Positions 17,446 through 25,563 of a stretch of DNA of 29,964 nucleotides are shown here, in pieces. Each line of letters begins with the position of its first letter. The stretch's first letter is position 1. This stretch comes from a virus. Its lineage: Duplodnaviria > Heunggongvirae > Uroviricota > Caudoviricetes. A program made the position numbers and the translations under genes. The notes under the pieces are model-generated. The model saw only the letters and a list, made by a program, of their open reading frames with translations. It was not told the origin of the DNA and searched no databases. The stretch lies in IMG/VR virus record IMGVR_UViG_2778261393_000002; one strand, 5' to 3'.

Positions 17446-18699
17446 TTACATTTTATCAATTTCAGAAATGATCCTATCAATTTCATCAATGCTTGCTTGA
17501 ATTGTTAGATTATTTTTTATTATCTCAAGTAATTCTATTGCTCTTCTTTTGGGCCTTGATGACACCAGTTCTGAATTTGCTCTTTCATTCTCCACGAACA
17601 ACCGTGAGAGAGCCATCAATTGATTACTATTTAACACATCTAAAAATGGTTGAAGTACTAAATGTGCATCAGATCTTCCCCAGTAATTCCCCACCCAAAC
17701 AGTAAGTATTTCTTGATATACATCTTCAAATGCAATAGATGGAACATGAGGTCCAAATTGTATAAGTGCCTTGGCTGCTCTTTCTTCATCATTCCAGCCG
17801 TAAGATGTATCCTTAGCTTTAGCTAGCTGTTTAACCGCATGTCTGTATAAACTTGCCCTAGCAGCATCAGGTATAAATTTCACACCATTAACTTTTACTA
17901 AAGTCTCTAAAATTCTTATTTTTGCTCCTTTATCCTCACTTGTATCCGATTCGGGCTCCAGCATAAATGAGTGATATCTTTCCCCCGCTGTTTTTTTAAG
18001 GTCATCATTAGATCTTTCCCATGCTTGTTCAAACAACTTGCTAGCATTAACATAAGCAGGATTTTCCCCCTTAGTTATTAAATCCAATAAAAATCCAAAT
18101 GTTATTCTTATATCAGCTTGCTTAAATGCTCTTATTTGATCTTTAAGTAAGTCTATGCTCTCAATTGATAGTTCAGATTTTTTTATGGGTTCAAATAATC
18201 CAGATGGCGAATGTCCAGGGTCTGGCATATCAGATTCGAATAAATTCTTCTGGAGCATAAGAGCCAAAGCAAACACATCCTCAGACTCTACTTTACTATC
18301 ACTTGCATGGGCTGGAGAGGCATGGTTTCTCATCCAATTGATCATTTCTAATGATTTTCCAGCTTTCTTATGCAGAACCCCTAATTTGGTGGCTCCACTT
18401 ATTAGCACTAAATCATCTACACCTGACCATCTCTCGTTTATTGTTTCACCATCTTTATCATATTTTTTACGACCACTATCATCCTTTATTGCGGAAAGGA
18501 ATAAGTCTAAACCATAAGCCTCAATTCGCCGCCTAAGATTATGAATGGATGCATTCCATATATCTAAAAGAGCATGATCAGGGAAGCCAGAATCTAACAA
18601 CTTTCTAGCTTGCGAAAGGAATTCTATTTCAGTATTAACTGTTGCAGGAAAATTAGTTGTTGATGGCGAGCTTAATAAAACCGGGAGATTTTTTGACAT
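17446..18699 (-). CDS. Hypothetical protein, 417 aa (cargo gene B, candidate defence effector)
   Basis: Long uninterrupted ORF in an AT-rich segment with SD AAGGAAA upstream. No family recognised. Contains an R-x6-H motif (MRNHASPAH) of the kind seen in HEPN RNases. Confidence 0.8.
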   Translation of the reverse strand: MSKNLPVLLSSPSTTNFPATVNTEIEFLSQARKLLDSGFPDHALLDIWNASIHNLRRRIEAYGLDLFLSAIKDDSGRKKYDKDGETINERWSGVDDLVLISGATKLGVLHKKAGKSLEMINWMRNHASPAHASDSKVESEDVFALALMLQKNLFESDMPDPGHSPSGLFEPIKKSELSIESIDLLKDQIRAFKQADIRITFGFLLDLITKGENPAYVNASKLFEQAWERSNDDLKKTAGERYHSFMLEPESDTSEDKGAKIRILETLVKVNGVKFIPDAARASLYRHAVKQLAKAKDTSYGWNDEERAAKALIQFGPHVPSIAFEDVYQEILTVWVGNYWGRSDAHLVLQPFLDVLNSNQLMALSRLFVENERANSELVSSRPKRRAIELLEIIKNNLTIQASIDEIDRIISEIDKM

Positions 18700-19312
18700 T
18701 GAATTTCCTTTAAGTAAAAATTATAATCTATGTCTTTGTGAACAAATTTACACGATATTGTAACCTTGCAGGTGCAAGAAGTAGTGTTCAAATAAATACG
18801 TGAAGAGAAAAAATCCGCCATGACAAAGCTATACACTATTCCCAATTCTTAAAAAATTCAATATGTTTAAAAAATTAATTTTCAAAACTAGCATCCTAAT
18901 ACTCTAAACACACCTATATACAACTAAGGATATGAACAGTATCCTTTTATAGAAGGAGTCTGATCCCTACAGATTTAGAGATTTTAATGTTTGTTAACTT
19001 CCGCCTATGACACAGAGGTGCTGTTGCAGCCCTAAAAACCTTATGTTTTGTTCAAGTCAGAGCTATACGACGCATCGTCGAATTCAATGCCCAAGCAACG
19101 GATTGTGCTTGCCAGTTTCTTATGGTTCAACAGAGGTTCAATGATTAGTATGCTGTAAAGCAAATCTTCGAGACAAAACTTCTCTACCCCCCATGAAAAA
19201 TTTCGGTTGAATTGCCTGGGTGATGTGTGCCGGATAGCTCCAACTCGAGACTGAAGCATGAAGTCTTTACTATGAAAATTAGCAGACTGTATACGCAGCC
19301 TGCTAGTTTATG

Positions 19313-20434
19313 TTAGAGCTTATAAAGTTCAATTAATCTGGATTTTTCTCTGTCAAATTCTTCATCAAGATTTGAGAAGTCTGGAAGTGTAACCATTAAA
19401 TCCTTAAGTTGATGAATAACATTCCAGACATCGTAATGAATAAAGGGATTTAAGCCAATTACATTCCCCTCATCATTATTTTTAGATTTCCCTACACCAC
19501 ACAATTTGATGAATTTGTTGATTGCAGTTGTTTCATTCCAGTCCGAGACAAAAAGAAGCAAGGCAGATACAGCCAAAAGGGGGTTATTTTTTTTAACAGC
19601 GGATATACCCCTGATTTTCCTAAAAAGAAATTCGTGATGCCTGGTTATTTTTTGTGCAACTCTTATCGTTGCTTCATATTTTTCTTTAAGCAACCTTCTA
19701 TCATAAACCTGATAACCTCGATCTCGTGCTACTAATCGATGTGCTTGTTTAGTAAATGTGGTACTATTCACAAGATTATAGAAAACAGAATTATTTTCAT
19801 TAGTCATGTCGATCATCAATGATGGATATTTGAATCTTAACGAACGATACACTTCATCGTTTATATCAAACCAGGATTTATTTTTCCTCTCTTCATCTAC
19901 AATATATTTACTTTCTCCCTTACGGGAATACATGCTGGCCCTTATTAGATTGATCATGTGAGGGCTATAGTTAACAGAAAAAGTGCCTGACTGGCGTAAT
20001 TCTGTAAACCATTGCCGCATGTTTCGAATATCTTCCTGATTGAACTCATCATGTTCAATACCTCTACATACAAGCTCGCGAATTATACTTGTAATCTCAG
20101 AACCTGAGGTGCCGAATTTTATAAAACCATCCCTTGATGAATCTATTTGCTTATCATTACCACTGTAATGATCGCAAAATACTTTGTGTGCATCAGTTCC
20201 GTCTTTTGTTCTAAACGAAAAATGAGATTGGCTGACTATCTTATTTGTTCTTTTCGAATAACCTTCTGAAACAACAATCGCACCGCTTACATTGCAAATT
20301 GGGCACTCTGCATCAAAGGCAACAAATTCCTTGAAATCACTGAAATTGAGTGCGTTATCTGATGAGTAATGGTTTAACAATTGAACCATGTCCAATTCCT
20401 TTTTGAATGTACGAGAATAGACCGTAATTGCCAT
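19313..20434 (-). CDS. Hypothetical protein, 373 aa (cargo gene A)
   Basis: Start taken at MAITVYS (codon 20432-20434) with SD AAGGGAG 7 nt upstream. No family recognised. N-terminal Cys/His cluster (ECPICNVSG ... HKVFCDHY). Confidence 0.8.
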   Translation of the reverse strand: MAITVYSRTFKKELDMVQLLNHYSSDNALNFSDFKEFVAFDAECPICNVSGAIVVSEGYSKRTNKIVSQSHFSFRTKDGTDAHKVFCDHYSGNDKQIDSSRDGFIKFGTSGSEITSIIRELVCRGIEHDEFNQEDIRNMRQWFTELRQSGTFSVNYSPHMINLIRASMYSRKGESKYIVDEERKNKSWFDINDEVYRSLRFKYPSLMIDMTNENNSVFYNLVNSTTFTKQAHRLVARDRGYQVYDRRLLKEKYEATIRVAQKITRHHEFLFRKIRGISAVKKNNPLLAVSALLLFVSDWNETTAINKFIKLCGVGKSKNNDEGNVIGLNPFIHYDVWNVIHQLKDLMVTLPDFSNLDEEFDREKSRLIELYKL

Positions 20435-20635
20435 TTGAACTCCCTTCATCATAATTTTGGTTGTATGAAATATTATCGCATAAAGATACTAATGAGCCAG
20501 TAATATAACTAGAAACGACTTTTTGTGGTTCAGCGAACTAGACGTCCGCTCCTGGCACAAAGCGGACAACCACGCTAGCTCTACCCTGTGCCACAAAATG
20601 TCAATTTGCATCTGAACTAATGCACTTTAATCTCG

Positions 20636-21058
20636 TCACTTCAATAAATACCGAACATCACCCTGATAAAACGACAATATGCGCTGCATAACTTCACTCT
20701 TCCGGCACTCGCGACAGATTATGTTCTGACGCCTGTCGTAGCGACGTATTTCTCCGTCAGGTAATGACCAGATAAGGTCCGGATCAACCGCAGATGGTTT
20801 CTTCAGCTTTGCCCTTGAGAGCTTTTTACGGGCATTTTGCCAGTCCTTACGCGCCTGTTCAGACGGGAATAACCCGTAACCAGAGTTGTATACATCGCCG
20901 CTGGCAACCAGCTCTCTTGCGAGAACGCTCATCAGATATCTTGTCGCACCTGTCTTGACTTCCAGTTGCCGTAACGTCTCACGCCCACTCTGGCGTACGA
21001 GTTCAACAACCTGTCCTTTAATTTTTTCCCGCTCTTCTTGTGTAAAAACTTTTGCCAC
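20636..21058 (-). CDS. Hypothetical prophage protein, 140 aa
   Basis: Basic protein with a C-terminal CxxC-like segment (IICRECRK), immediately downstream of the replication gene. Family not recognised. Confidence 0.55.
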   Translation of the reverse strand: MAKVFTQEEREKIKGQVVELVRQSGRETLRQLEVKTGATRYLMSVLARELVASGDVYNSGYGLFPSEQARKDWQNARKKLSRAKLKKPSAVDPDLIWSLPDGEIRRYDRRQNIICRECRKSEVMQRILSFYQGDVRYLLK

Positions 21059-21098
21059 AAGCCCTCCTGAAAATTACCTCATGACCAGAAATTAACAC

Positions 21099-22175
21099 TT
21101 ACCCCCTGAAGCCCGGCGGAATTTCGTTATCCGGTTCAGAAATATGATTCACACAACGCTGGTTGTTCGTGCCGCTTACCGGGAGCAACCAGGGGTTCTC
21201 AAAATTCCGGTCCGGTCCAAAAAACGTCGTCGCTCGCTGAACAAATTCCGTTCCCGTTTTCCCGGTAGCCGCCAAGTATCTTGCGTAACGCCTCACGCCA
21301 TCCAGCATGGCCTCTGGTGGCACCCCCTCGCGTAATCTGGCCTTCCAGGCACTGAAAGCTGATTTCTTCGGGTTTGCTCCGGCACGCAACGGGTACTCCC
21401 GCCAGACCTGTTCGAACACATCCGGATAATCCACTCGTCCCACAGACTGCCCGGTGTTTTCCGGGACTACCCGATCGGCTTCCCGCTGAATGGCGGAATC
21501 GGCTTCGGGCTGCTGCAGTTGGTGTGATTGCTCCAGCCTTGCGGTCATCACCTGCTGCACAGCGCCCGAATCGGCTTTCAGCGCATACGCTGAATCGGCT
21601 TCCGGTGTCGTGCCTGCTGGCTGACCAAGATTGACGGTCTGAACATCCCCTGCCTGGTTCGTGGCGTTTTTTACGCCATGGACCATAGTGTTTTGATCTT
21701 CTTGATCTGTATCTTTATCTGTATCTTTATCTGTCGTGACTCGTCGTGACATGTGCGTGACATTTCGTGACGCGCCGTGACAATCGCCATTTTGTTCCCG
21801 CTTTCTTTCCCTCTCTCGCTGCGCCCTCTTGCGCTCTGCAGGAGATTTTGCGGTTTGCGAAATATTGCCGTTGTCCTCTTTAAGCACCTGGCGTTTTTCC
21901 CATCCAGTGATTAAATCACCATCAAGTACCCGCCCCTGCATCGTCTGCAAAATTGAATCAATTACCTCTTCTGTCACGTCGAGCGCACTTGCCAAATCTT
22001 CTGTCGTGACATCAATGTGACCTCGCGTGACATTTCGTGACGCGCTCACCAGGAGGTGGATATACACTGCCATCACTGTTGCAATTGGCTGCCCTGACAC
22101 CCTGGCAATTGTTCGCCACTTAGGGTCATTTGGCATGTCATGCCATAATCTGAGCCAGGCGTTAGCCATACTCAC
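21099..22175 (-). CDS. Putative phage replication initiation protein with internal origin repeats
   Basis: 358 aa in the O-gene position (after cro and YdaT-like). N-terminal helix-rich domain and an acidic/low-complexity middle (DKDTDKDTDQEDQ). The coding DNA contains two iteron clusters. Confidence 0.55.
   Translation of the reverse strand: MSMANAWLRLWHDMPNDPKWRTIARVSGQPIATVMAVYIHLLVSASRNVTRGHIDVTTEDLASALDVTEEVIDSILQTMQGRVLDGDLITGWEKRQVLKEDNGNISQTAKSPAERKRAQRERERKREQNGDCHGASRNVTHMSRRVTTDKDTDKDTDQEDQNTMVHGVKNATNQAGDVQTVNLGQPAGTTPEADSAYALKADSGAVQQVMTARLEQSHQLQQPEADSAIQREADRVVPENTGQSVGRVDYPDVFEQVWREYPLRAGANPKKSAFSAWKARLREGVPPEAMLDGVRRYARYLAATGKTGTEFVQRATTFFGPDRNFENPWLLPVSGTNNQRCVNHISEPDNEIPPGFRG
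21690..21781. repeat. Iteron cluster 1: five phased CGTGAC repeats plus adjacent tandem repeats
   Basis: CGTGAC at 21735, 21745, 21756, 21766 and 21776 (10-11 bp spacing), preceded by tandem ATCTTTATCTGT x2 and GATCT motifs (21690-21730). Confidence 0.65.
22005..22044. repeat. Iteron cluster 2: four phased (C/T)GTGAC repeats
   Basis: Repeats at 22005, 22015, 22026 and 22036. The 19-mer CGTGACATTTCGTGACGCG at 22026-22044 is an exact copy of 21756-21774. Confidence 0.65.
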
Positions 22176-22240
22176 CTCTTCTGATACCGAATCTTTTTAC
22201 TCACGAGTTGCCGGAAGCGATTCGATATGGCTATTGTCAG

Positions 22241-22666
22241 TCAATGTACTGCCACAGCATTTCCTGCCGGGCCACCACGGTTCATCTGATTGAAACCGGC
22301 GATTGCCACTGCGACAAAATCATCAGCGTCTCTCACCAGCCGCTCCCGCGTCTCCACCAGCTCCCGAAAATAAGCTGAACTGTGGCTGCGCATTCTGGCC
22401 ACCAGCAAAGGTGGCATTGCCTTTTCGATCGCTGGTAACAACGCCTGAATTTTTTCAACTGCATCAGGGGTGTCTTTCTCTATCCAGCGGAAAATTTTCT
22501 GGGTATTGCGAGCCAGGGCGTCCGGATGGCTGTCGTCGTACAGTTCAGGAAACGTCATACCCAACTCAAAATAAGCCTGGGTTATTCCAGCTGCCGGAAC
22601 TTTTTCGCCATCAGGACGTGCCCAGGCATTCATCGCCATGCGGATGTGTTCATGCTTGATTTTCAT
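22241..22666 (-). CDS. YdaT-like protein (cII-position gene)
   Basis: Start taken at MKIKHEHI, which matches the N-terminus of Rac YdaT as recalled. Directly downstream of and overlapping the Cro-like gene. Confidence 0.6.
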   Translation of the reverse strand: MKIKHEHIRMAMNAWARPDGEKVPAAGITQAYFELGMTFPELYDDSHPDALARNTQKIFRWIEKDTPDAVEKIQALLPAIEKAMPPLLVARMRSHSSAYFRELVETRERLVRDADDFVAVAIAGFNQMNRGGPAGNAVAVH

Positions 22667-22892
22667 GAATCCCCCCTTGGTTAGAAGGCGGATTATGATC
22701 AGAACCGGGAATGACAACCGTCGGTATGTGTAACTCATATTTGAGCGCCCCGGCAGTGACTGCCTGAATTAGCAACGCCCATTTCCACGGAACGTCTTCC
22801 CCCCACATGCTGACTGTGGTTTTTGACGTTCCTAGAGCGGCGGCTGTTTTAACAACTCCGCCAAAATAGCCTAATACTTCTGATTTTTTCAT
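22650..22892 (-). CDS. Cro/DicC-like (YdaS-family) HTH regulator
   Basis: 80 aa from MKKSEVLGYFGG (SD GGAG upstream). Divergent from the CI-like repressor across a 91-bp intergenic region. Confidence 0.65.
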   Translation of the reverse strand: MKKSEVLGYFGGVVKTAAALGTSKTTVSMWGEDVPWKWALLIQAVTAGALKYELHIPTVVIPGSDHNPPSNQGGIHENQA

Positions 22893-22983
22893 GATTCGCT
22901 CCATAAAACTGAACGCCAAAAGTTTAATAATCAAAACCAAAGAAAGTCAAGAAACAAAACCATCTGTGTTTTAAAATCAAAAC

Positions 22984-23622
22984 ATGAACAAGCAAACAAT
23001 ATCTGAACGCATAACCCAACGTATGCATGCGCTAAACTTGAAAGGCAAAGACCTTGTCAATGCCACTGGCGCATCAAAAGGCTCCGTAAGTCAATGGATG
23101 AACGGTGGAGGAGCGCCGTCCTCGCGTTACATAAGCTCACTGGCAAAGATATTGAAAGTAAACGAAAATTGGCTTCTTAATGGAGGAGAGTTAAATACAG
23201 GTGATTCGCTTGATCTATCTTTACCGCCGATAAAAACGGTTCCGCTACTATCACTTCAGCAGGCAGCAAGCTGGAGTGATTATATGAAAAATTCCTCAAT
23301 AACCTCTTGTGTGCAGCTTGTCGGAGAAATCCCGGCCAATACCTTTGCTGTTGTTCTAGAGAGTGACAGTATGTCGACATCTGGTGGTGGAGTTTCCATC
23401 CCAAATGGTTCAACAGTTTTTGTTGATCCCGATCGAATCGTACAACCAGGAAATATTGTCCTTGCCTTACCCAAAGGGACCACAACGCCTGTCATTCGCA
23501 AACTGGAGATAGAAGGGCCGGATATTCTTTTAGTCCCCACGAATCCTCGCTACCCTTCAATTATGCTGGATGATCTATCTTGCATATTGGGAGTATGCTT
23601 TAAAATTCAACAAGATATTTAA
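22984..23622 (+). CDS. CI-like repressor with N-terminal HTH and C-terminal S24 (LexA-like) peptidase domain
   Basis: 212 aa. N-terminal XRE-type HTH (LKGKDLVNATGASKGSVSQWMNG). C-terminal peptidase region with SDSMS serine and a downstream Lys (VIRKLE). Confidence 0.85.
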   Translation: MNKQTISERITQRMHALNLKGKDLVNATGASKGSVSQWMNGGGAPSSRYISSLAKILKVNENWLLNGGELNTGDSLDLSLPPIKTVPLLSLQQAASWSDYMKNSSITSCVQLVGEIPANTFAVVLESDSMSTSGGGVSIPNGSTVFVDPDRIVQPGNIVLALPKGTTTPVIRKLEIEGPDILLVPTNPRYPSIMLDDLSCILGVCFKIQQDI

Positions 23623-23914
23623 CCAACCTCATCTATTTGATTAACTGTATGCCATCGTAGTGATGGCGTAACAGCTGCCTGCTTAAAATGTTTTGATAAA
23701 AAAACATTGACCTTAAATGTTCATTTTCCTAAACTTCATTCATTCCCTCACCCCGCCCCACAGAATGCAGGGCAATACTTCGAGTTACCAGGCAGTGGTC
23801 AGGGGTTAAGTAGCCAGCCCGAGGCGTAAGAACATGACGGCAGGGTTCAACTTTAATAACTATGCAGCAGGTTTTTGTTCCGCTACCCCGGCGTTAAGGG
23901 GAAATGAGGTCAGC

Positions 23915-24070
23915 ATGGATACTATCGATCTTGGCAACAACGAATCTCTGGTATACGGCGTGTTTCCCAACCATGACGGAACGTTCACCGCGATGACGTA
24001 TACCAAAAGCAAAACGTTTAAAACCGAAACTGGCGCACGTCGCTGGCTGGAAAGAAATTCAGGTGAGTGA
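23915..24070 (+). CDS. YdfA-like small protein
   Basis: 51 aa MDTIDLGNNESLVYGVFPNHDGTFTAMTYTKSKTFKTETGARRWLERNSGE. First gene after the repressor as in the Qin dicB operon. Alternative upstream start at 23834. Confidence 0.5.
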   Translation: MDTIDLGNNESLVYGVFPNHDGTFTAMTYTKSKTFKTETGARRWLERNSGE

Positions 24071-24071
24071 T

Positions 24072-24200
24072 ATGGATTTCGACGCAATCATGAAAAAGGC
24101 TTACGAAGAATACTTCGAAGGCCTTGCCGAAGGCGAAGAAGCTCTCAGCTTCGGTGAGTTTAAACAGGCGCTTTCCAGTTCGACAAAATCTATCGACTAA
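24072..24200 (+). CDS. YdfB-like small protein, 42 aa
   Basis: ATG at 24072 with SD AGGTGAG. MDFDAIMKKAYEEYFEGLAEGEEALSFGEFKQALSSSTKSID. Under 60 aa, so absent from the ORF track. Confidence 0.5.
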   Translation: MDFDAIMKKAYEEYFEGLAEGEEALSFGEFKQALSSSTKSID

Positions 24201-24211
24201 CGGGGTTAAAG

Positions 24212-24370
24212 ATGGAATTTAAAGATTTACCTCCAGACACTCAGAAAATCGCCGCAGAAACACTGAAATCTCTCATTTTGAACGGGGAGACAGAAAAGGT
24301 AGAGCCAGCTAAAAAACTGGCTCAAGAAATCAGAGAAGCCTTTATTGCTCTTTATCAGTCTTCTCCATAG
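24212..24370 (+). CDS. YdfC-like small protein, 52 aa
   Basis: ATG at 24212. MEFKDLPPDTQKIAAETLKSLILNGETEKVEPAKKLAQEIREAFIALYQSSP. Position matches ydfC in the Qin dicB operon. Confidence 0.45.
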   Translation: MEFKDLPPDTQKIAAETLKSLILNGETEKVEPAKKLAQEIREAFIALYQSSP

Positions 24371-24527
24371 CGGCTTGTTTTTCTTCTTTTAATATATTGC
24401 GAATTGTAATAACTGAATTAGCCGCCTCTGAAGGGGATGACATTTTGCCAGCCCGAATTAACTCAACTGTTAAGTTCAAAGCTGCAACAGATGGATAGGT
24501 AAATGGGTTAATTAACTTGTCTGACAT
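24342..24527 (-). CDS. Hypothetical small protein, 61 aa, convergent with ydfC-like gene
   Basis: ATG preceded by a perfect GGAGG SD (ATGGAGGATAAAATG). MSDKLINPFTYPSVAALNLTVELIRAGKMSSPSEAANSVITIRNILKEEKQAAMEKTDKEQ. Overlaps the ydfC-like 3' end by 29 nt. Confidence 0.3.
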   Translation of the reverse strand: MSDKLINPFTYPSVAALNLTVELIRAGKMSSPSEAANSVITIRNILKEEKQAAMEKTDKEQ

Positions 24528-24857
24528 TTTATCCTCCATTGAGGTTCTGGGTTAAAAATGGAGACCAACATGCTGCCACATGTGGTCGTGCGCCGGACAC
24601 GGATAAGAATCCGGCACTGACAGTTTACTGAAAGGATATATCCCTGAAAAGTCAGGGCATAACGCGAAAGCGCACGGCGAAGTTCGTCTCACTGTACGGT
24701 GTCGTTAAATTTAATTCGACCGTGCGCTTCCGGTTGTGGCACTCCGCGAAATGGCGCGGCGGTACGTATGGCGGGGTTATTCCTTCCCCCTGTTGAGGAC
24801 ACCGGGTTGTCAGGTTGACCATACGCCTGAGTGACAACCCCGCTGCAACAACCCATG

Positions 24858-24911
24858 TTGATTACCTTTTGGCGGCATCAGTTTCATTGCTGGCTGATGT
24901 CCGTCCTTTTT
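24858..24911 (+). ncRNA. dicF: DicF-like small RNA
   Basis: TTTGGCGGCATCAGTTTCATTGCTGGCTGATGTCCGTCCTTTTT resembles the K-12 DicF sequence as I recall it (TTTGGCGGTATCAGTTTTACTCCGTGACTGCTCTGCCGCCC). Has a 3' hairpin (CATCAG/CTGATG) and T-run. Position between ydfC and dicB as in Qin. Boundaries approximate. Confidence 0.45.
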
Positions 24912-24916
24912 AAAGT

Positions 24917-25076
24917 GAATTTTGTGATGCGGTGAATGCGGCTCAGCGCACGCGGAACAGTTAAAAAGGCCAGTTGACTTCCGTATTGGTTCTTATGGGT
25001 GGGTTCTCTGTATCCGGCGTTAATTGTTAACTAGTTAACGTCACCTGGAGGCACCAGGCACCGCATCACAAAATTC
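24917..25076. repeat. 18-bp perfect long-range inverted repeat enclosing a 14-bp palindrome, upstream of dicB
   Basis: GAATTTTGTGATGCGGTG (24917-24934) and CACCGCATCACAAAATTC (25059-25076), 124 bp apart. GTTAACTAGTTAAC palindrome at 25026-25039. Confidence 0.7.
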
Positions 25077-25094
25077 ATTGTTGAGGACGCGATA

Positions 25095-25277
25095 ATGGAA
25101 ACGTTATTACCAAACGTCAATACGTCTGAAGGTTGTTTTGAAATTGGTGTCAGAATCAGTAACTCTGTATTTACTGAAGATGCCATTAATAAGAGAAAAC
25201 ACGAACGGGAGCTATTAAATCAAATATGCATTGTTTCAATGCTGGCCCGTTTACGCCTGATGCAAAAAGGACGCTGA
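25095..25277 (+). CDS. dicB: Cell-division inhibitor DicB
   Basis: 60 aa METLLPNVNTSEGCFEIGVRISNSVFTEDAINKRKHERELLNQICIVSMLARLRLMQKGR, near-identical to K-12 DicB as recalled. Confidence 0.85.
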   Translation: METLLPNVNTSEGCFEIGVRISNSVFTEDAINKRKHERELLNQICIVSMLARLRLMQKGR

Positions 25278-25279
25278 CA

Positions 25280-25483
25280 ATGAATACAGCATTTGCTCTC
25301 GTTCTGACAGTTTTTCTTAATACAGGCGAACCAGTCGATCTTGTTATTGGTATACATGACTCAATGAAAGAATGCATGGCTGCCGCAGCGGAACAGAAAA
25401 TTCCCGGCAACTGTTATCCGGTTGATAAAGTTATTCGCATGGACAATAACGAAATCCCGGCAGGACTTAAAACAGCACCATAA
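25280..25483 (+). CDS. ydfD: YdfD-like small membrane protein
   Basis: Start taken at MNTAFALVLTVFL. AAAEQKIPGNCYPVDKVI matches YdfD as recalled. Immediately after dicB. Confidence 0.7.
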   Translation: MNTAFALVLTVFLNTGEPVDLVIGIHDSMKECMAAAAEQKIPGNCYPVDKVIRMDNNEIPAGLKTAP

Positions 25484-25563
25484 TTAATATCCGGTTTCAT
25501 TTTTATATGCCAGCAATGGCAGGGATTTGTTCACCCTTAAATCTGTAATGAGGTTAAAACAAA

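Noticed and set aside
19041-19259. 72-aa minus-strand ORF in the spacer between the two cargo genes
   Set aside because: No SD, and composition not protein-like. Treated as non-coding spacer.
20549-20620. Hairpins GTCCGCT...AGCGGAC and TGGCACA...TGTGCCA upstream of the cargo cassette, considered as a possible tRNA fragment or sRNA
   Set aside because: No tRNA-like conserved elements and no flanking promoter or terminator signals. Kept only as possible promoter-region structure of the cargo cassette.
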